23,460 nt of DNA from a virus (taxonomy: Duplodnaviria; Heunggongvirae; Uroviricota; Caudoviricetes). Positions 20,014-23,460 of the stretch are shown here, in pieces. The first letter of the stretch is position 1. Each line of letters starts with the position of its first letter. Both the position numbers and the translations under genes were made by a program. The notes under the pieces were generated by a model. It saw only the letters and a program-made list of their open reading frames with translations, had not been told where the DNA came from and made no database searches. Location: the IMG/VR virus record IMGVR_UViG_2728369186_000002. One strand, 5' to 3'.

Positions 20014-20125
20014 ACCCGCTCCAGAATGTTTTAAACATGCATCTTGCGAACAACTTTAGGCAAACGGTGTTAGTGATGAACAAAAAACAATCAAAATCGA
20101 CACCACAAAAATAAAACCACTGTAA

Positions 20126-20138
20126 TATCAATACATTA
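20126..20138 (+). promoter_or_regulatory. IHF consensus site within cosB, centred in an 8-bp inverted repeat
   Basis: TATCAATACATTA fits WATCAANNNNTTR; flanked by inverted repeat ACTGTAAT (20119-20126) / ATTACAGT (20135-20142); lies between cosN and the terminase small-subunit gene like the lambda I1 site. Confidence 0.4.
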
Positions 20139-20187
20139 CAGTAGTGGTGATGACGAATGAAATTTCAAAAACTAGCCTTTTTCCGCG

Positions 20188-20199
20188 ACGCTCCCGCCC
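20188..20199 (-). other. cosN (cohesive end site), variant of the lambda 12-nt core
   Basis: Minus strand reads ACGGGGCGGGAGCGTCGCGG against lambda ACGGGGCGGCGACCTCGCGGG: 16 of 20 identical, differences confined to the centre of the 12-mer (GGGCGGGAGCGT versus GGGCGGCGACCT). Confidence 0.65.
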
Positions 20200-20513
20200 C
20201 GTGGCAGGACACACTGCCGGGAGGACCCATTAAAAACTGCTAAGCTGGGCTCGTTATGGCAACAATTCCATACGAAGTTTTATAAGTAAGAAGTTGCATG
20301 CCATCAGGCACCACCGCTGCTGATTACGACCATCAATGTGAACCACAACCAGCGCATCGGGTTACAGATAATTCATATGCTCAACGAGCATAAAGTTCAG
20401 AACGTTTAACTTCAGGTGCTTTGTTTTAGCCATACCGTCCGTAACAACATGATGGAAGCGGGTACTTAGAGAACACTATGGATAGAAACTTGCATTACTA
20501 ATCTCACAATTTA

Positions 20514-20542
20514 TTCATACAGTTATATGATAAATATATTAT
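20514..20542 (+). promoter_or_regulatory. Candidate sigma70 promoter for the cargo gene
   Basis: TTCATA (20514-20519), 17-bp spacer, TATTAT (20537-20542) in a very AT-rich tract about 45 nt upstream of ATG 20585; several alternative -10/-35 pairs exist. Confidence 0.25.
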
Positions 20543-20584
20543 TAGTTATAACATGTTGAAAATTCATAAAGGAGAATTACCTGT

Positions 20585-21277
20585 ATGTCTAGAGAAGGCT
20601 CGTTGGACTTATTGCAAGAAGTTGAAGAAAGTCTTGACATAATGAGACAGACACAGCATATCAAGCCTGTAAAAGTCAAAGCTATTTTGGAAAACTTACG
20701 AAGTTCCTTAGAGTATCTCGCTAATGATACCTATGATAAATATATTTCTCCACGCAGTAATGATGAGCGCCCCAAAATATATTTCCCTTACGGAAAAAAA
20801 GAGTTTATTGATAAATTTTTCTCAAAGACGCTAAAAATAAACCCACCATCATCTTCTCCATTATATAAAATTTTTACTTCTATACAGGATTATCACACTG
20901 GCGAATCTTGGTTGGAAATGATGTGTAATCTCACTAATGAAGTAAAGCACAGACAACCAATCCCCTTAAGAGAAGAGAGTTCTGTTAAAGACCTAAGTGT
21001 GAGCGTAGATGGTTTTGGTTTAATCACAGCAGGAAGCTCAGCAAAAATTCTCTTTAAAAACAACCACATCAATGGCAAAAAATTAGAAGACTTTACTTTC
21101 GAAAATGGGAAATTACAAAGAAGTGGTAATGGTGTACCTTTAAACATAGTCATTACCGAAGAGAAAAAAATAAGATTCCATGGGAATGACCATGAAGTAA
21201 TTCCTTTCATTGAATCATGCCTTATTAAAATCAGAATTTTTATTATCGAAGCCTATAATGAGTTAGATAAGATTTGA
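20585..21277 (+). CDS. Hypothetical 230-aa cargo protein (moron) at the bor-equivalent position; function unknown
   Basis: AAGGAG Shine-Dalgarno (20568-20573) before ATG 20585; ~30% GC ORF on the strand opposite the late operon between Rz and cos; hydrophilic, no transmembrane segment or motif I recognise (MSREGSLDLLQEVEESLDIMRQTQHIKPVKVKAILENLRSS...). Confidence 0.8.
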   Translation: MSREGSLDLLQEVEESLDIMRQTQHIKPVKVKAILENLRSSLEYLANDTYDKYISPRSNDERPKIYFPYGKKEFIDKFFSKTLKINPPSSSPLYKIFTSIQDYHTGESWLEMMCNLTNEVKHRQPIPLREESSVKDLSVSVDGFGLITAGSSAKILFKNNHINGKKLEDFTFENGKLQRSGNGVPLNIVITEEKKIRFHGNDHEVIPFIESCLIKIRIFIIEAYNELDKI

Positions 21278-21328
21278 ATTACCCCCTAAACACCACAGCA
21301 AGTGGGAATTAACCACCCTATATTAAAT

Positions 21329-21370
21329 ATCCCTTTGTGAATGTGTTAAAGCTTATCGTCACAAAGGGAT
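21329..21370. repeat. Perfect 12-bp inverted repeat with 18-nt spacer between convergent genes
   Basis: atccctttgtga (21329-21340) and tcacaaagggat (21359-21370); possible bidirectional terminator or protein-binding site; no clean U-tract on either side. Confidence 0.4.
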
Positions 21371-21445
21371 GCCCATTATTAATCTCACTAGGCAATGAAT
21401 TTCTAATATTAAATTTCATCGCCAGATTTTAAATTTCCTGCAACC

Positions 21446-21982
21446 TTACTGGCCATGCTCAGATGGTCTGTAACGCAACTCATCAATTTCACGAATACTC
21501 GAAAAATTATTATTTCCTTTTTCTATCAACGCCAGTAGCGGCTTAATCCACAAGACAGCTTGGCAGTAGGTCATTGAGCTGGTGGTAGCGGTACGATCAT
21601 AGGCTTCATTAGGTCTGCCGGTATCGGTGTGCATGGCGCTGGCACGTAAACGGTACGTGTATTCGAGCAACCCACCAGCGATATCAGCAGGAACAGGCAG
21701 ATCACAGGTTTTTTCACGGCGGAGAATCTCCCGGTATTCGATTACGGTTTTTTCGGTGCTGGTGTCGATCAGGGAGTTAAGACTGTTGGCATGTTCTGCA
21801 ACCTGATTGAATCGATTGAAGTTGAATGCCTGGGTGGCGATTACCTGCCCCAGCATAGAGTTGTCACTTCGCAGAACGTCGTTATCGCTCTGAAGATTAC
21901 TGGCGTGAGAGCAACTCTTGACGAGAGCGACCGAAAGGCCAGCAATAACGACAACGCCTATAAGATCCGGATTAATTTTCAT
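21446..21982 (-). CDS. Rz i-spanin (inner-membrane spanin subunit)
   Basis: 178 aa from MKINPDLIGVVVIAGLSVALV (N-terminal transmembrane helix) with a periplasmic coiled-coil-like body; ATG overlaps the endolysin stop (ATGA); contains Rz1 in the +1 frame. Confidence 0.8.
   Translation of the reverse strand: MKINPDLIGVVVIAGLSVALVKSCSHASNLQSDNDVLRSDNSMLGQVIATQAFNFNRFNQVAEHANSLNSLIDTSTEKTVIEYREILRREKTCDLPVPADIAGGLLEYTYRLRASAMHTDTGRPNEAYDRTATTSSMTYCQAVLWIKPLLALIEKGNNNFSSIREIDELRYRPSEHGQ
21571..21717 (-). CDS. Rz1 o-spanin lipoprotein embedded in Rz
   Basis: +1 frame inside Rz, GTG start with GGGAGA upstream; (M)KKPVICLFLLISLVGCSNTRTVYVPAPCTPIPADLMKPMIVPLPPAQ has a lipobox LVGC and a proline-rich mature part, typical of Rz1. 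Confidence 0.65.
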   Translation of the reverse strand: MKKPVICLFLLISLVGCSNTRTVYVPAPCTPIPADLMKPMIVPLPPAQ

Positions 21983-22521
21983 TGCTCCAGCCCCCAGCAC
22001 GCCAGTGCGCTTTCCTGATCGCGCCGCTCGACCTGCCCATAACAGCCATTCTTCTGCCCTTTTGTCAGGCGGCAATCACGCCCACCATCTTTTATCCACC
22101 AGCGAATCGCCTCGCATGCCCCCTTACGATCATCGGCATTCAGCCGCTTATAAAACGTCGACGGGAAACACTTACCGGGGCCAATGTTATAGGGACAAAA
22201 TGACGCTATACCCGCTTTCTGTGGTTCGGTCAGTGGCACTTTAATATTGCGCTCCACCCATGCCAGCGCCTTATCCCGTTCAATGGCGTTAACCTGGTCG
22301 CATTTTTCCTTCGACAGTTTCATACCGGGAAAAACGGGTTTTCCATCCACCACCGTGGCACCCCGACAGATGGTCCAGATGCCGGAACCATCGCGGTATG
22401 CCGTTGTGTGGTTACCTTCTTTTTCATTCAGAAACTGGTCGAGAATATCAGGCGCAGGCGCACCGACGGCAATCAGTGCCAGAACGGCAGCCGACAGGCC
22501 GTATCTGATTTTTACGTTCAT
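21979..22521 (-). CDS. SAR endolysin (T4-lysozyme-type muramidase with signal-anchor-release domain)
   Basis: 180 aa; weakly hydrophobic Gly/Ala-rich N-terminus LSAAVLALIAVGAPAP; catalytic spacing E-x8-D-x5-T in EGNHTTAYRDGSGIWT as in phage 21 R and K-12 prophage lysozymes; no obvious Shine-Dalgarno before the ATG. Confidence 0.85.
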   Translation of the reverse strand: MNVKIRYGLSAAVLALIAVGAPAPDILDQFLNEKEGNHTTAYRDGSGIWTICRGATVVDGKPVFPGMKLSKEKCDQVNAIERDKALAWVERNIKVPLTEPQKAGIASFCPYNIGPGKCFPSTFYKRLNADDRKGACEAIRWWIKDGGRDCRLTKGQKNGCYGQVERRDQESALACWGLEQ

Positions 22522-22581
22522 GGATATTTATCAGGATTTATCGGTTTCTGAACCCTGGATATGTTTATCTGTCCCGGCCTG

Positions 22582-22612
22582 TTGAATCAGGCAAGGAATA
22601 GTTAAATACAAT
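22582..22612 (+). promoter_or_regulatory. Weak candidate promoter for the 90-aa plus-strand ORF
   Basis: TTGAAT (22582-22587) and TACAAT (22607-22612), but the spacer is 19 bp, so this is speculative. Confidence 0.2.
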
Positions 22613-22626
22613 AGAGAGGATTGTTT

Positions 22627-22899
22627 ATGGACAATAGCACCATTTCTCTACAGGAGTTGCTCGACTGCATTTCCAAGCTTCGGGATGATGTAAATGCCCT
22701 TACTGTCGCATTTTCATATCTGGCATTCTCAATTCCCAAGGAACAAATGCAACCAACACTGGCATCGCTCCAGCTTGAATCACTCAACCCCAAATGGTCC
22801 CAGCAACAACAAAATTCTTTCAAGTGGCTGGCGGTATTACTGGAAGAAAAATATGCTGGTGAAATTACCATTTCGGCGGAGTCTTCAGAGAACCAGTAA
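22627..22899 (+). CDS. Hypothetical 90-aa protein encoded antisense within the lysis cassette
   Basis: GAGAGGA Shine-Dalgarno 6 nt before ATG 22627; MDNSTISLQELLDCISKLRDDVNALTVAFSYLAFSIPKEQMQPTLASLQLESLNPKWSQQQQNSFKWLAVLLEEKYAGEITISAESSENQ; 3' end overlaps the convergent DUF1327 gene by 35 nt; no family recognised. Confidence 0.55.
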   Translation: MDNSTISLQELLDCISKLRDDVNALTVAFSYLAFSIPKEQMQPTLASLQLESLNPKWSQQQQNSFKWLAVLLEEKYAGEITISAESSENQ

Positions 22900-23209
22900 T
22901 TCTTCCCGGTAGCTTTCCTTTGTAGGTTATCCACACATTCTGCGCCTCTAAAATTATGGGGCGCTTTTCCGGCGACAGCTCATCCCCTTCACATAACCCG
23001 GCAGCAACATCCAGGAAGACCTGTCTGATGCTCCTTCTGGCTGCTGCCTCATAAAACTCCAGCGCGGCACCTTCAACACGGTCCAGCGAGATGTCCAGGT
23101 CAAAAATTTCACCGTCAAAGCGTTCTTTGTCCCGTAACGCTAAAGTTACCGTAACTTTATTCTCAAAATTGCGGATCCCTTTCACAATCAGTTCATATTT
23201 TTGAGTCAT
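22865..23209 (-). CDS. DUF1327-family protein (YdfR-like) between holin and endolysin
   Basis: 114 aa, MTQKYELIVKGIRNFENKVTVTLALRDKERFDGEIFDLDISLDRVEGAALEFYEAAARRSIRQVFLDVA...; resembles my recollection of K-12 Qin YdfR, which sits between essQ and rrrQ; GGGGAGAG Shine-Dalgarno overlapping the holin stop. The C-terminal ~30 aa may be altered by the adjacent insertion. Confidence 0.6.
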   Translation of the reverse strand: MTQKYELIVKGIRNFENKVTVTLALRDKERFDGEIFDLDISLDRVEGAALEFYEAAARRSIRQVFLDVAAGLCEGDELSPEKRPIILEAQNVWITYKGKLPGRITGSLKTPPKW

Positions 23210-23213
23210 TGAA

Positions 23214-23429
23214 TTACTCTCCCCGTGCAGCCTTACGCTTGTCTTCTTTAATCTTGAAATAAAGGTTTGTCAGGTACGTCAGCAGGCCAAATACCAGGCT
23301 ACCCAGCACACCTATTGCTGCCCACTGTGAGGGCGTGACTTTATCGAGCAGCTGTAAAAACCAGTAGCCAGCACTGCCTGCGGAGGTGCCGTAGGCAATG
23401 CCTGTTGAAATTTTGTCCATGGATTTCAT
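23214..23429 (-). CDS. S: Pinholin, phage-21 S-like, with dual-start motif
   Basis: 71 aa, [71 protein letters not shown]; Met1-Lys-Ser-Met4 dual start, two transmembrane helices (first Gly/Ala/Ser-rich), charged C-terminus; GGAGGTGA Shine-Dalgarno. The track ORF begins 10 codons upstream at the window edge. Confidence 0.85.
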   Translation of the reverse strand: MKSMDKISTGIAYGTSAGSAGYWFLQLLDKVTPSQWAAIGVLGSLVFGLLTYLTNLYFKIKEDKRKAARGE

Positions 23430-23460
23430 AGCCTCACCTCCGCACGGAACGGATGGCATA

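Noticed and set aside
19895-20131. 78-aa minus ORF overlapping the terminase small-subunit start
   Set aside because: Different frame over the terminase small-subunit 5' end and running into cosB; Cys-rich junk translation; no Shine-Dalgarno.
20298-20393. 31-codon plus-strand ORF in the cos-proximal spacer
   Set aside because: Too short, only a weak AAGAAG upstream, and lies where cosQ-like packaging sequence is expected.
20893-21210. 105-aa minus ORF inside the cargo gene
   Set aside because: Antisense to the 230-aa ORF, which has the strong Shine-Dalgarno; Phe/Leu-rich translation is what the reverse strand of AT-rich coding DNA gives.
21791-22585. Plus-strand ORFs 21791..22018, 21918..22244, 21982..22203 and 22247..22585
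   Set aside because: Antisense to Rz and the SAR endolysin, both of which have clear family features.
22602-22934. 110-aa minus ORF
   Set aside because: Antisense to the 90-aa plus ORF; Cys/Ser/Trp-rich with no Shine-Dalgarno. The alternative that this frame, not the plus ORF, is real cannot be fully excluded without expression data.

Overview
This window is the late (lysis, packaging, head and tail) region of a lambda-like prophage from an enterobacterial genome, with essentially all phage genes on the minus strand. Reading from 23460 down to 1: a phage-21-type pinholin, a DUF1327 gene, a SAR endolysin, Rz with embedded Rz1, a cos site, terminase small and large subunits, W, portal, a ClpP-protease/major-capsid fusion, head completion genes, then Z-U-V-G/GT-H-M-L-K-I-J-lom, with the tail block near-identical to phage lambda as I recall it. 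All homology calls are from memory of lambda, phage 21 and E. coli K-12 prophage proteins; no database search was possible. The strongest candidates for something undescribed are two cargo ORFs that oppose the late operon: a 230-aa protein in a ~30% GC island at the position lambda uses for bor (20585..21277), and a 90-aa ORF inserted inside the lysis cassette (22627..22899). Neither has a function I can assign from sequence. Six N-runs (1720-1729, 2623-2632, 3942-3951, 4931-5092, 6068-6077, 6605-6708) are each flanked by near-duplicate sequence with scattered substitutions. I read this as overlapping contigs from co-resident similar prophages joined by a scaffolder, so J, K, L and I are fragmented here and their integrity cannot be judged from this window.
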